A stretch of 64,000 nucleotides of DNA from contig CAVPGK010000011.1 in assembly GCA_963703955.1 (NCBI GenBank), positions 128,001-192,000 on the forward strand, written 5' to 3'. This document shows, one piece after another, positions 1-9,870 of the stretch. The translations under genes and the position numbers were made by a program. Position 1 is the first letter of the stretch. The number at the start of each line of letters is the position of its first letter. Origin of the DNA: Nitrospirota bacterium. GTDB lineage: Bacteria; Nitrospirota; Nitrospiria; Nitrospirales; Nitrospiraceae. The notes under the pieces are model-generated. The model had not been told where the DNA came from and searched no databases. It saw only the letters and a program-made list of their open reading frames with translations.

Positions 1-709
1 TCCCCAGCCTTTTGTTCCCGACGCCTGGCAAGAAGATGCGCTCGCTCACTTGGCTACGACGGACGTGATCGTCAGTGTCCCGACTGGCAGCGGGAAGACC
101 TACGTCGCCATCGAGGCCACAAAGCGAGCCATTGACGCCGATCGCACGGTCATTTATACCTCTCCGCTGAAAGCTCTCTCCAATACAAAATTTACAGAGT
201 TCTCCAAACTATTCGGCCCCGACTCCGTGGGGATTTTGACGGGCGACCGGCGGGATAACCCCCATGCCCCTCTCCTCATCATGACAACGGAGATTCTCAG
301 AAACCTGCTCTACGATGCGGCGGGCGGAGAGATTGATGTCCGCCTGGACACGCTGGGATTGGTGATCATGGACGAATCCCAATACATCGCCGATCCGGAA
401 CGCGGGGTGGTGTGGGAAGAAACCATCATCTTCTGCCCGGCGCAGGCTCGGCTGTTGCTGCTTTCGGCGTCGATCGGAAATCCCCAAGATATCGCGGACT
501 GGTTGACCAGTATTCGACCGACTCCCTGCCATTTGGTCCGGCACCATCGCCGTTCCGTCCCGCTGCGTGCGGGCTACCTCCATCCCAACGGGAAACTAGC
601 GCCGCTCTTTCGATCGGTAGAGATTCCACAGGGAGCGGCTGCCCCGCTTCATCCGGAAACCAAGCGCCTCTATGCCCACTACGAGGATGAAACTCTGCGG
701 TCGCGATGA
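1..709 (+). CDS. Ski2-like DEAD/DEAH-box helicase, N-terminal RecA domain only (5' end outside window)
   Basis: Frame open from base 2 (PDAWQEDAL Q-motif); PTGSGKT motif I, YTSPLKALSN motif Ia, TTEILRN, DESQ motif II, LSAS motif III; stop at 709. Confidence 0.85.
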   Translation, partial: PQPFVPDAWQEDALAHLATTDVIVSVPTGSGKTYVAIEATKRAIDADRTVIYTSPLKALSNTKFTEFSKLFGPDSVGILTGDRRDNPHAPLLIMTTEILRNLLYDAAGGEIDVRLDTLGLVIMDESQYIADPERGVVWEETIIFCPAQARLLLLSASIGNPQDIADWLTSIRPTPCHLVRHHRRSVPLRAGYLHPNGKLAPLFRSVEIPQGAAAPLHPETKRLYAHYEDETLRSR

Positions 710-739
710 ATGAGGAGGTCATGACTGAGAGGAGAACAC

Positions 740-1213
740 GTGCGCTCGGAGCTTAGGATGGAACTCCACATCGGATCGAATGTCTATCGGAATGCAAACG
801 GGGTGCTCAAGGTGCAGGAAAAAGAACAGGTCGTTCTCCAGATTCAGGCCGAGGACAACCGCCTGTTGCTGACGATGGACCTCTATGATTCGAGCGGGGA
901 CCACGTCGCCCATCTGCGAAGAAACGCGTGGGCATTCAACGCGAAGAACCGATATGAAGTCCGCACCAGCCCGGTCTCAGCCTCCCTCTTTACGTTTCCG
1001 GCATGTGTGAAGGTGCTCGATAATGAAACCGGGAGTCTGATCCTCGAGGCTAATTTGGTCGAAAAAGATACGATTCACATCCCGCTGGGAAACGTATTCA
1101 GCCACAAAGGCCAGCTCCTTGAAATCACTCCCCATTGCTGGCGTTTTCCTGGAAAACCGACCATGTTCGGAAGTGTTCAGGACCTACATGGCGGGAGCAT
1201 CGCGATGGGTTAG
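740..1213 (+). CDS. hypothetical protein
   Basis: 157-aa ORF, GAGGAG RBS upstream, directly follows the helicase. Confidence 0.7.
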   Translation: MRSELRMELHIGSNVYRNANGVLKVQEKEQVVLQIQAEDNRLLLTMDLYDSSGDHVAHLRRNAWAFNAKNRYEVRTSPVSASLFTFPACVKVLDNETGSLILEANLVEKDTIHIPLGNVFSHKGQLLEITPHCWRFPGKPTMFGSVQDLHGGSIAMG

Positions 1214-1422
1214 AGGACCTGTTCTTACTTCTTACCAAACTCGTGTTTGAAAAAAGTCACAGCGGTTGTAAATTTTGCAACGGTTTAACCCGAGACTTTT
1301 TGTCACCGGCTCAGAGAGCCCATAATATTAACCACTTGTGTTGACCTGGATTCGGCATTCCTTTTGCTCATCGTATCTTCTCCTGCACTTACTCTATTGC
1401 AGCAGAGGGCATGGTAGATTCG

Positions 1423-1950
1423 ATGAGAACATCACTAATCATTGTGGGTCTGGGGTTACTTTTGGCAGGATGCCAGACGGCCCAGTCAGTTGAGAAGTAT
1501 TCGGGGTTCGACAATACCGGTTTCATGACTTTATGGAACACCTATAGAAGCTGCGAAAGTGGTACCGATCTTGAGGCCATGCGTTCCGCCGCTCGGCATC
1601 TCCAGAAGCAAGCCTACGAGGCGGCCGTGACGAAAGCTGATTTCCACCTACCGAGGGCTATTGAACGGTGGGTGTCCGAGCCGCCTGCCCGTCTTGCCGT
1701 TGATCCCAAGGCCATGGCTGCGGCCTGCACTCTTCACACGGGGCACACTGCTCTCGAGGTGGGGCGTCCTGATGTAGCCGACGAAATGTTTCGAATCGTG
1801 CTGAAGAATCCCGCGGACACACTCTCATACTATGTTGAACAAGCTCGGGCAGGGCTTTCCCAGCTCAGTTCCACAAGTCAGGTCTCTCTTCAGTTTCCGC
1901 TGCCGGCGCCTCGATACGTCTCTCTGTCCACCGCGCCTGTGGGCAAATAA
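1423..1950 (+). CDS. hypothetical lipoprotein
   Basis: Signal peptide with lipobox LLAGC. Confidence 0.7.
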   Translation: MRTSLIIVGLGLLLAGCQTAQSVEKYSGFDNTGFMTLWNTYRSCESGTDLEAMRSAARHLQKQAYEAAVTKADFHLPRAIERWVSEPPARLAVDPKAMAAACTLHTGHTALEVGRPDVADEMFRIVLKNPADTLSYYVEQARAGLSQLSSTSQVSLQFPLPAPRYVSLSTAPVGK

Positions 1951-2002
1951 CGGCCATCCGTTCCTCAGCGACTTCCCGCAGTCCGTCAAGTCGGAGATCA
2001 GG

Positions 2003-3502
2003 CTAGTATTCCAATAGTCTCCGATAGAGAGTCTCGTAGGATTTCGCCGATCGTGTCCAGGACACATCGGTGCGCATCCCTGCCAACATGAGCGAGCGCC
2101 ACTCCGGCTTGTCTCGATAGATGCGCAGCGCCAGAAGCGCCGTCGTGAGAAGCGATTCAGGCGTCGCCTCGCCGAAGAAAAATCCCGTCGCACGCTCCTC
2201 AGCAATGGCGCGTGGCGAATAACCGACAACGGTATCCGCAAGCCCTCCGGTACGCCTCACGATGGGAACGGTCCCATATCGAAGACTATACATCTGACTC
2301 AATCCGCAGGGTTCATAACGGGACGGCATGAGAAACAGGTCGCTTCCGGCTTCGATCCGGTGGGCCAGGCCTTCGTCGAATCCGATCCGGAGGCCGATCT
2401 TCTTGGGATACTTCGCCTGCAGCGAGCGAAAGGACTCTTCAGCCGACGGATCGCCGGTCCCTAAGAGCACGACCTGTACGTCGAGCATCATCAATTCAGG
2501 GAGAATCTCAGCGACGAGATCAAGACCCTTTTGAAAGTCCAACCTTGAGACAACACCCAAGATTGGCCCGGCACGAACAGGAAGTTTCATCTCACGTTGC
2601 AAGGCCTGCTTACATTCCGTCTTACCGGACAGATCATCGGCGGTATACCGCGCCGGCAAGTGAGGATCAGTCGCCGGGTTCCATGTATCCGTATCGATCC
2701 CATTGACCACACCCGCCCACCGATCCCCTCGTTCCTTAATCACGCCATCAAGCCCGAATCCGAATTCGGTGGTTTGAATTTCCCGGCTGTACGTAGGGCT
2801 CACCGTATTCAACATATCGGCGAATATCAGTCCGCCCTTCAACAGATTGCACGAGCCGAAAAATTCCAGGGCTGCCGGCGTGAACAGACCGGGACCGAGT
2901 CCGGTCTTCGGATATTCCGAGGCAGGAAAAATACCCTGGTATCCCAGATTATGGACGGTGAACAGGCTTCTCATTTCGGCAACGGTCGGATGGGCGGCGT
3001 ACAGCGTCCGCATGTAGATGGGACACAAAGCTGTCTGCCAGTCATGCGCATGAAGAATATCCGGCGACCAATCGGACGATGCCTTCAGTACGGAGAGGAG
3101 TTCCATCACGGCTCGGCAAAAGAACGCGAATCGTTCCAGATTGTCGGGATAATCCACCCCTGCTTCCTGATACAGACCCTCCCGGTCGAAGTATGGATCG
3201 TATCGCACGGCCAGCGCTTGAACGCGCCCCTCGAAAAGGCGCGTCTCTTGCAAACTTGCGAGCAGAGGGCCCGACAGGGTCGGCACGTGAACCGCCGTCC
3301 ATAGCTTGAAGCCATGCGCCGCCCCATCAATTGCGCGATAGTGCGGGAGGACGACCCGGACGTCATGCCCCATGCGCGCAAGTTCCCGTGGAAGCGCCCC
3401 AGCCACATCGGCAAGCCCACCGGTCTTGGCGAAGGGGACCGCTTCGGGCGTCACAAGGAGAATCTTCAAAGGAGTCGTTGAGGAATGGACCGGTGCAGGC
3501 AT
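2003..3502 (-). CDS. glgA: glycogen synthase
   Basis: EAVPFAKTGGLADV, HAHDWQT, SRLDFQKG and PSRYEPCGL motifs; start ATG 3502 overlaps the upstream stop. Confidence 0.95.
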   Translation of the reverse strand: MPAPVHSSTTPLKILLVTPEAVPFAKTGGLADVAGALPRELARMGHDVRVVLPHYRAIDGAAHGFKLWTAVHVPTLSGPLLASLQETRLFEGRVQALAVRYDPYFDREGLYQEAGVDYPDNLERFAFFCRAVMELLSVLKASSDWSPDILHAHDWQTALCPIYMRTLYAAHPTVAEMRSLFTVHNLGYQGIFPASEYPKTGLGPGLFTPAALEFFGSCNLLKGGLIFADMLNTVSPTYSREIQTTEFGFGLDGVIKERGDRWAGVVNGIDTDTWNPATDPHLPARYTADDLSGKTECKQALQREMKLPVRAGPILGVVSRLDFQKGLDLVAEILPELMMLDVQVVLLGTGDPSAEESFRSLQAKYPKKIGLRIGFDEGLAHRIEAGSDLFLMPSRYEPCGLSQMYSLRYGTVPIVRRTGGLADTVVGYSPRAIAEERATGFFFGEATPESLLTTALLALRIYRDKPEWRSLMLAGMRTDVSWTRSAKSYETLYRRLLEY

Positions 3503-3984
3503 TAGGGAGCCGAAGGCGATGGGAGGTTTTTCTCCATCGGGGTCTTGAACAGGGACTCCCGCTTCCACATGTTTCCGATAGCGTGGACCTCTTCGGCGGA
3601 CATGGCCTCGCTGTAGACCAATCGGTCGTTGATGAAGCCGAGCAATTCGCCACGATCGGCGTACCCGAAGAACAGGGAGTCGTCCGAAACGACCGTGGAG
3701 TCCCAGTCGGTCGGCGCCTCGCCGATGGGGACTCGAAATCTCGGCACATAGTTGCCGTTCTTTACTGGATAGAACTGCATACGCTCCCGGACCTGATAGG
3801 TCGGCTGCCCCCAGGTCTCCAGAAAAGCGCGAGTTGTCAACGTCCGTGTGCGAAGGTCTCCGCTCAAAATGCGACCTTTTTGCTCCTCGATAGTAGGGGC
3901 GGTCTTGCACGCGGTGAGCGAGAGTGCCAACACGACGGAGGCAAAGACCAACAGAGAATTCACCCATGGTCGCGGGCCTTGCAT
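3502..3984 (-). CDS. hypothetical lipoprotein
   Basis: Lipobox LTAC; start and stop overlap neighbours in an operon. Confidence 0.75.
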   Translation of the reverse strand: MQGPRPWVNSLLVFASVVLALSLTACKTAPTIEEQKGRILSGDLRTRTLTTRAFLETWGQPTYQVRERMQFYPVKNGNYVPRFRVPIGEAPTDWDSTVVSDDSLFFGYADRGELLGFINDRLVYSEAMSAEEVHAIGNMWKRESLFKTPMEKNLPSPSAP

Positions 3985-4340
3985 CACAACAACCTCCTCG
4001 ATTTCGGCTGTTCCGGTTTCACCGGTACACAGATATCGCATTGGCACATCCGCCGCAGGATCGTGTACGAGTACAAACCGGTGTCGTGGCCGTCGCTCCA
4101 CGTGATCTTGAATGCGTACCGGCCGACCGCCTCAATATCGTCAAGCCGAATGAGCAAGGGAATATCGTCGGGCTTGATGCGCAGTTCGCCTGTCCACTCG
4201 TCCGTGCACGCCGCGCACGGGCAATGCTGGCGCAAATAACGGACGGGATAAACGCCCTTGTGCCCGTCGGACCATTCGATCCCGAGCACCCCCTTGTCGA
4301 TCCACTCCATGTCTTTGGGTTCGAGAACAGTTGTCGCCAT
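3984..4340 (-). CDS. DUF971 / gamma-butyrobetaine hydroxylase-like N-terminal domain protein
   Basis: WSDGH...YLRQHCPCAAC...VGRYA...WSDGHDTGLYSY..LR pattern. Confidence 0.88.
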   Translation of the reverse strand: MATTVLEPKDMEWIDKGVLGIEWSDGHKGVYPVRYLRQHCPCAACTDEWTGELRIKPDDIPLLIRLDDIEAVGRYAFKITWSDGHDTGLYSYTILRRMCQCDICVPVKPEQPKSRRLL

Positions 4341-4564
4341 GTTTCCAATTCTCTTACGATACGTTTCGTGAACTCTAACAGAAGGGAGGGAACCTTCACA
4401 AGCGTGATTGGACCGCAACAGTCCACAGCCTGGCGGTCAAAGTAACACTGAGTCCAATTGATGGCCAGTTGGTATCTGATTTTCCGATGACGGAAAGCTT
4501 CCTTCGGCAACTCGCTCTTTCGAATGCTTGCGAGTCTAGATCTTTGCAGGTTTCGTGAACGGAG

Positions 4565-5356
4565 TCACTTTCTGATTCCGTACACGGGTTCTTTCAGCTC
4601 AGCCGCGAGAAAATCAACCGGGGGCAGGCGCCTCCCCGCCACGACCGTGACATACGCCTCGATCGCGGTTTCCAGCTCTGCGCGGACTTGACCGGTCGCT
4701 TTCAGACGGGTGAGCGCCTCCGATGTCCATTGCAGGGTGTGTTGAAGGAGGCTCAGGCTGCCGGGTGACAAGGGAAGGCACCGGTCAGGATGGCGACCCA
4801 CACACGACACACAGACGATCCCACCTGATTGAGGAGAGAATGGGGTCGACCTTCCGGCGGCTGCGCTCCCCGCCTCCTTACCACAGGCGACACAGTGGTC
4901 GGTTTGCGGCCGAAAGCCGGTCTGTCCCAGAAGACGGATCTGAAAGAGAAGCGTTGTCAGGGAAGGCTCCCGACTCTCTCGCAACGTGCGGAGGCCTTGC
5001 AGAAGGGTGTCAAAAATCCGCGGGCCGGGATCGCCCTCCGCCGTCACGGCCGCCACCAGATTCACCAGCCGCCCAGCTCCCGACATCAGCATCAGATCCT
5101 CGCGTAGACCGGAGAAGGTCTCCAGAATGTCCGCCTGCGTGACCCGATACATCGGATCATGACGTTTCTCGAACAGGTTGAGGTCGCAATGGACGAACGG
5201 TTCGAGCGCGCTCCCGAACCGGCTCCTGAGCCGGCGGGCACCGCGTGCCACTCCCCGTAGCTTTCCGAACCGGAGCGTGTAGAAGGTGACGATCCGGTCA
5301 GCGTCGCCCCACTTGCGGCTCTTGAGTGTAATGGCGGGGGTCTTCAGTAGCGGCAT
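4565..5356 (-). CDS. recO: DNA repair protein RecO
   Basis: DADRIVTFYT...GKLRGVARGARR...RFGSALEPF; Zn motif CVACG...CVSC. Confidence 0.93.
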   Translation of the reverse strand: MPLLKTPAITLKSRKWGDADRIVTFYTLRFGKLRGVARGARRLRSRFGSALEPFVHCDLNLFEKRHDPMYRVTQADILETFSGLREDLMLMSGAGRLVNLVAAVTAEGDPGPRIFDTLLQGLRTLRESREPSLTTLLFQIRLLGQTGFRPQTDHCVACGKEAGSAAAGRSTPFSPQSGGIVCVSCVGRHPDRCLPLSPGSLSLLQHTLQWTSEALTRLKATGQVRAELETAIEAYVTVVAGRRLPPVDFLAAELKEPVYGIRK

Positions 5357-5502
5357 AACGGCCAGGATGACCGTTACATGTAGCATGAACGCCGATGAAC
5401 GGCAAGCCGCTCCAGTCTCCCATGACCTCCGACAAAACCCTCTATTCACACGTGGGTCGAACTAGGTATGATACGACGAGAGAGAGCCTTGGGGAGACCG
5501 GC

Positions 5503-6367
5503 ATGCGACACCGACGATCCTCGCTGCTTCTTCAAGCCGTGCTTGTCGTCGTGGTTCTTATTGAGACCAGTGGGTGCGCCGTCAATCCTTACACGAGGCG
5601 CTGGCAGTTTGTGGCCGTCCCGAAAAGCTACGAAAACAGTATGGGCACTGAAGCCTACGCGCAGGTTCTGAGTGACCCTAAAATCAAGATCTCCAATGAT
5701 CCCCGAGAGGTGGAACCGGTCAGACGCGTCGCCGACCGGATTGTCCAGGTTGCCAAACAGTCGAAGTACGCGGAGACGGCCAATGCCTTCGAATGGGACG
5801 TGAGCGTCATCAAAGATGATCAGACGAAAAACGCGTTCGCGCTGCCCGGCGGCAAGATTGCTGTCTACACCGGCATTTTCCCGATCGCTCGCAATGAAGC
5901 CGGATTGGCGGCCATTATGGGGCATGAGGTGGTTCATGCCCTCGCTCGCCACGGAGCCGAGCGCATGAGTCAGGGACTTGGCCACCAAAGTCGCTATGAT
6001 TGGCGCCGCGATAGGATTGGGGGCCTCCGGCATCGACGGGTACTCCGGCCAGGCAGCCATGCAAGCGCTTGGATTGGGCGCCCAAGTGGGTGTGTTGCTT
6101 CCCTTCAGCCGCAAGCACGAATCGGAAGCCGACTATATCGGCCTACTCTTTGCCGCCGAGGCAGGTTATGATCCCCAAGAAGCAGTCCGAGTGTGGCAAC
6201 GAATGCAAGCGGCGGGAGGAGAACAACCGTCTGAGTATTTCTCTACTCACCCTGGCCATGAGACGCGCATCAAGCAGATGCAGGAATGGATGCCTGAGGC
6301 CATGGCCTTGTACCAGCAAGCACGGCCCGCCCCTGTTTCCAACCTCCCGGGGGCCGCCGGTCCGTGA
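5503..6367 (+). CDS. M48 family metallopeptidase lipoprotein, frameshifted near 5975
   Basis: NAFALPGGK and GHEVVH in one frame; FSRKHESEAD and STHP in the next frame; one extra base. Confidence 0.85.
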
Positions 6368-6466
6368 TCAGTCTAGCCGCAGTGTTGACATACTGGACGG
6401 ATTTCGTTAGGTTCTCCTTCCGCTTTGGAAAAAGCCGGTCAACGAATCCTGACAACGGAGAAGCAG

Positions 6467-6709
6467 ATGCCCGATCGTGCCTATGTCTTGATTAATGTTT
6501 TGCCGGGACAGACCGTAAATGTCGTGAAGGCCCTTGCTGAGATCAAGGAGATCAAAACCATTGACCCCTGTTGGGGCAAGCCTGACCTGTTCACCCTCGT
6601 CGAGGTGGCTGATCAGGATGCGCTCTCGACGCTGGTCTTGGCAAAGATCCACGCAATTGAGGGAGTCGCACAGACCGACACCCATTTGGTCTATCGACTC
6701 AAAAAATAA
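6467..6709 (+). CDS. Lrp/AsnC ligand-binding domain protein
   Basis: AYVLINV...G.PDL...I.GV..T.T pattern, 80 aa. Confidence 0.8.
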   Translation: MPDRAYVLINVLPGQTVNVVKALAEIKEIKTIDPCWGKPDLFTLVEVADQDALSTLVLAKIHAIEGVAQTDTHLVYRLKK

Positions 6710-6720
6710 TAGCGGGCGAG

Positions 6721-7193
6721 ATGACGCACGTGCGACATGCCTTGCACTATGCAGTCCAAGGAGCAGTGTTTTTCCTCGTCCTTCTGTTCGGGTGCGCGAC
6801 AGGAAACGGCGAGCGAACGCCTGAGTCAATCGATGTTCTCCTCCCGTCACCTGAGGATGAAGTCCGGGCGGCGGTGATTCAAGTTCTGACAGAGGATGGA
6901 TACTCCATTCGCAGCAGCGCCGAACCAGGAACGGGTGATCAGCACGGACTATCGAGAGGAAATCAACGGTATCTGGGATCGACTCCTGGTCTACGTGTTT
7001 TGGCGTCGATCGCAGCCGGGTGGATGCCAGCCTCACGGCTGAAGATCAGACCCACACACGGCTGAGTATTCAGGTCACCTACGAAGCCAGATCGCATTTC
7101 TGGTCCTCCTGGCAAGAGGAGGACCCGGCCGCACTCGCCCGCAACCCCGCCACACAGGTCCGACAGGTCAAGAACGTTCTCGGCCTCTTGTAA
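6721..7193 (+). CDS. hypothetical lipoprotein with two apparent frameshifts
   Basis: Lipobox LFGC; protein-like reading continues after shifts near 6925 and 7000 to TAA at 7191-7193. Confidence 0.55.
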
Positions 7194-7258
7194 GGGCCGT
7201 TGTGAGTGATCAGTCTTGAGTTCGGGTTGTGTAAACTACCCCAAGGCTCATTCAAGAT

Positions 7259-8656
7259 TCATTCAGATATCTCCTCCCCTAATGCCAATCCGAAGCGTTC
7301 GGCCATGCGATACAGCGTGCGGCGATCGATCCCCAGGATTTTCGCGGCCCGCACCTTGTTGCCACCGGTTTCCCGCAACACTCTGACCAGGTAGCGCTTT
7401 TCCATTTCATCGAGCGGGACCAGATCGTGATCATGCCCTTCCAAGTCCCCGACCGCTCGAGTCAGGTCTTCCTTCTTGCCCTGCTTGAACTCATCCGGCA
7501 GATCTTCCGGGAAGATCAGGGGACCGGCGGCGAGGGACACGGCGCGCTCGATGACGTTTTCGAGCTCGCGGACGTTTCCCGGCCAGTGATACTGCTGAAA
7601 AAGCGTCATCGTCTCGGGCACAAAACCTCTGATCGGCTGCGGATTCGCCGACGAGACCTTTTGCAAAAAATAGTGAGCCAGCATGGGAATGTCATCCTGC
7701 CGCTTGCGCAAGGCCGGGAGCACGATGCGCACAACGTTTAACCGGTAGAACAGATCCTCTCGAAATTTCCCTTCCTTCACGAGCTGGGCCATATCCTTGT
7801 TCGTCGCGGCGATCAGGCGAACATCGACCTTCGTGGAGGTTGTTCCTCCCACTCGCCGGACTTCCTGTTCTTGGATGACGCGGAGCAGCTTGACTTGAAG
7901 CGCGGGACCGATATCTCCGATCTCGTCCAGAAACAACGTCCCTTCGTGCGCGCTTTCAAACAGCCCCTTCTTGGCGACGATGGCGCCGGTGAAGGCCCCT
8001 TTTTCGTGCCCGAAGAGCTCGGACTCCAAGAGCGTGTCCGGTAGGGCTGCGCAGTTGACCGGAACAAACGACCGATCACGCCGAGGGCCGTTCGAGTGAA
8101 TCGCCCGGGCCACGAGCTCCTTGCCCGTCCCGCTCTCACCTTCGATCAGCACTGTGCTCTTACCGGATGAGACGCGAGCGATAAGCTTGTACACCTCCAG
8201 CATGGGCGGAGTGTTGCCGACCAGACGGGATTGATCGTGGTGGTCCCGCAGCTCGTCCCGGAATCGGGCATTCTCACGGATCAACCGACTGTGCTCTAAG
8301 CTGCGACGGACCACTAACCTGGCATCATCCGGCTTGAAGGGTTTGGCCAGATAATCATAAGCGCCCTGCTTGATCGCCTCGATGGCGCCTTCCATCGAAC
8401 CGAAGGCGGTCAAGAGCACGACCGACGTGTCCGGGCTGCGCTGCTTGAAGTCACGCAGAACGGCCAGGCCGTCGACATCGCCCATGCGCAGATCCGTCAG
8501 CACGACGTCAAATGGCTTTTGCCGGCCGAGCTCGATGGCTTCGTCACCGCCAGCGGCTTCCTCGACCTCATAACCTTCCTTGCGCAGCATATCTGCGAGC
8601 GACCGCCGCGCATTCTCGTGGTCCTCGACCACAAGAATCCTACCCGGATTGTTCAT
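7259..8656 (-). CDS. sigma-54-dependent response regulator (REC-AAA-HTH, AtoC/NtrC family)
   Basis: REC domain, GESGTGKE, GAFTGA, WPGNVREL, Fis-type HTH. Confidence 0.95.
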   Translation of the reverse strand: MNNPGRILVVEDHENARRSLADMLRKEGYEVEEAAGGDEAIELGRQKPFDVVLTDLRMGDVDGLAVLRDFKQRSPDTSVVLLTAFGSMEGAIEAIKQGAYDYLAKPFKPDDARLVVRRSLEHSRLIRENARFRDELRDHHDQSRLVGNTPPMLEVYKLIARVSSGKSTVLIEGESGTGKELVARAIHSNGPRRDRSFVPVNCAALPDTLLESELFGHEKGAFTGAIVAKKGLFESAHEGTLFLDEIGDIGPALQVKLLRVIQEQEVRRVGGTTSTKVDVRLIAATNKDMAQLVKEGKFREDLFYRLNVVRIVLPALRKRQDDIPMLAHYFLQKVSSANPQPIRGFVPETMTLFQQYHWPGNVRELENVIERAVSLAAGPLIFPEDLPDEFKQGKKEDLTRAVGDLEGHDHDLVPLDEMEKRYLVRVLRETGGNKVRAAKILGIDRRTLYRMAERFGLALGEEISE

Positions 8657-9827
8657 CGGCTCCGTCCTTCCCATGCGTCGTGGTGTCGCTCGGCAGGGCA
8701 ATCTCAACCATCGTTCCCTTTCCAACCACGCTGTCGATCGACAGAGAGCCGCCATGGGCGACGATGATTTCACGGCTCAGAAACAGGCCCAAGCCGGTCC
8801 CGTCCCCGACGGCTTTCGTCGTGAAGAACGGCTCAAAGGCCCGTCCGAGATCCTCGTCGGCCATTCCACAACCCGTATCACGCACAGTCAGCGTGACCAT
8901 GGTCTCGAGCAGAAGTTCACCGGTCCCGCGGCGTTCTTCTAATTCTGCGAGCGTCGCCGCACGGCGTCCTACGATAATCACCACTTCACCGCCGGGCTCC
9001 GTTGCCGTCAGCGCGTTCGTCAGGAGATTGACCAGCACCTGTCGGAGCTGCTCCACATTGCCTAGAACGGCCACGGCTTGATTCCCGAGGTCTATTTTAA
9101 GCGCCACCCCCTTGCCCGCGAAAGAGGGCCGCATAAGCGTCACAACGGATTGGACCAACTGGTCAAGCTGCAGAGGCGAATGGGTCGGTTTGGGCTGGCG
9201 GGTGAGCGAGAGCTTTTCCCTGATGATGCGAACGACCCGATTGAGTTCCGACTCGATGATCTCGATGGTCTTCCGCATTTCCGGCGTCAGATGGATGTCT
9301 TCAGACAGCGACTGCACCTGCCAAGCGATCGAGTGCAGCGGCGTCCCTACTTCGTGCGCGACCGATGATGCGAGAAGACCCAACGCGGCGAGTCGCTCCG
9401 ATCGATTCAAGGCATCTTTGACCTCGACTAGTTGAGCATTGGCCTGCAACAGCTCCGCTCGAGCCGCTTCCTCACGAGCCTTTCGCTCCTCCCGGGTCAT
9501 GGCGAAATATGCGACGCCGAGCAGCACACCGGCGACGACGCTTCGGTTGATGACGGCGGCCACGAATCGTCCGGGTTTGGTGGGACTCAGCAAGCCTGCA
9601 TAGGTGGCTGCCATGCACAGCACCACTGTCAGGACCATGAGCCGGCGATTTCTAGTTGTCGCCACAAGAAGGATCGGAAGGACATACCCGTAGGCCACCA
9701 CCACGTTTGCCGGGGCGCCGACTTCGATGAGAACGATCGCCAGCATGAGAAACGCGGCGATCGTCAAGACCAGCAGGTGGCTGTGCGGCCCGGCTTTTCG
9801 CCTAGAAGGCCAGGGGAACCATGCCAT
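8640..9827 (-). CDS. membrane sensor histidine kinase
   Basis: TM segments, AHEVGTPL H-box, NLLTNA, DTGCG, FFTTK, GTGLGL. Confidence 0.92.
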   Translation of the reverse strand: MAWFPWPSRRKAGPHSHLLVLTIAAFLMLAIVLIEVGAPANVVVAYGYVLPILLVATTRNRRLMVLTVVLCMAATYAGLLSPTKPGRFVAAVINRSVVAGVLLGVAYFAMTREERKAREEAARAELLQANAQLVEVKDALNRSERLAALGLLASSVAHEVGTPLHSIAWQVQSLSEDIHLTPEMRKTIEIIESELNRVVRIIREKLSLTRQPKPTHSPLQLDQLVQSVVTLMRPSFAGKGVALKIDLGNQAVAVLGNVEQLRQVLVNLLTNALTATEPGGEVVIIVGRRAATLAELEERRGTGELLLETMVTLTVRDTGCGMADEDLGRAFEPFFTTKAVGDGTGLGLFLSREIIVAHGGSLSIDSVVGKGTMVEIALPSDTTTHGKDGADEQSG

Positions 9828-9870
9828 GTTTCTCAGTGATCGATGTCCATGTAACAGCAGAGGAGCGCCA

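Noticed and set aside
3503..3967. N-terminal extension of glgA in the ORF track (654 aa)
   Set aside because: Overlaps a lipoprotein gene in another frame; GlgA homology starts at ATG 3502
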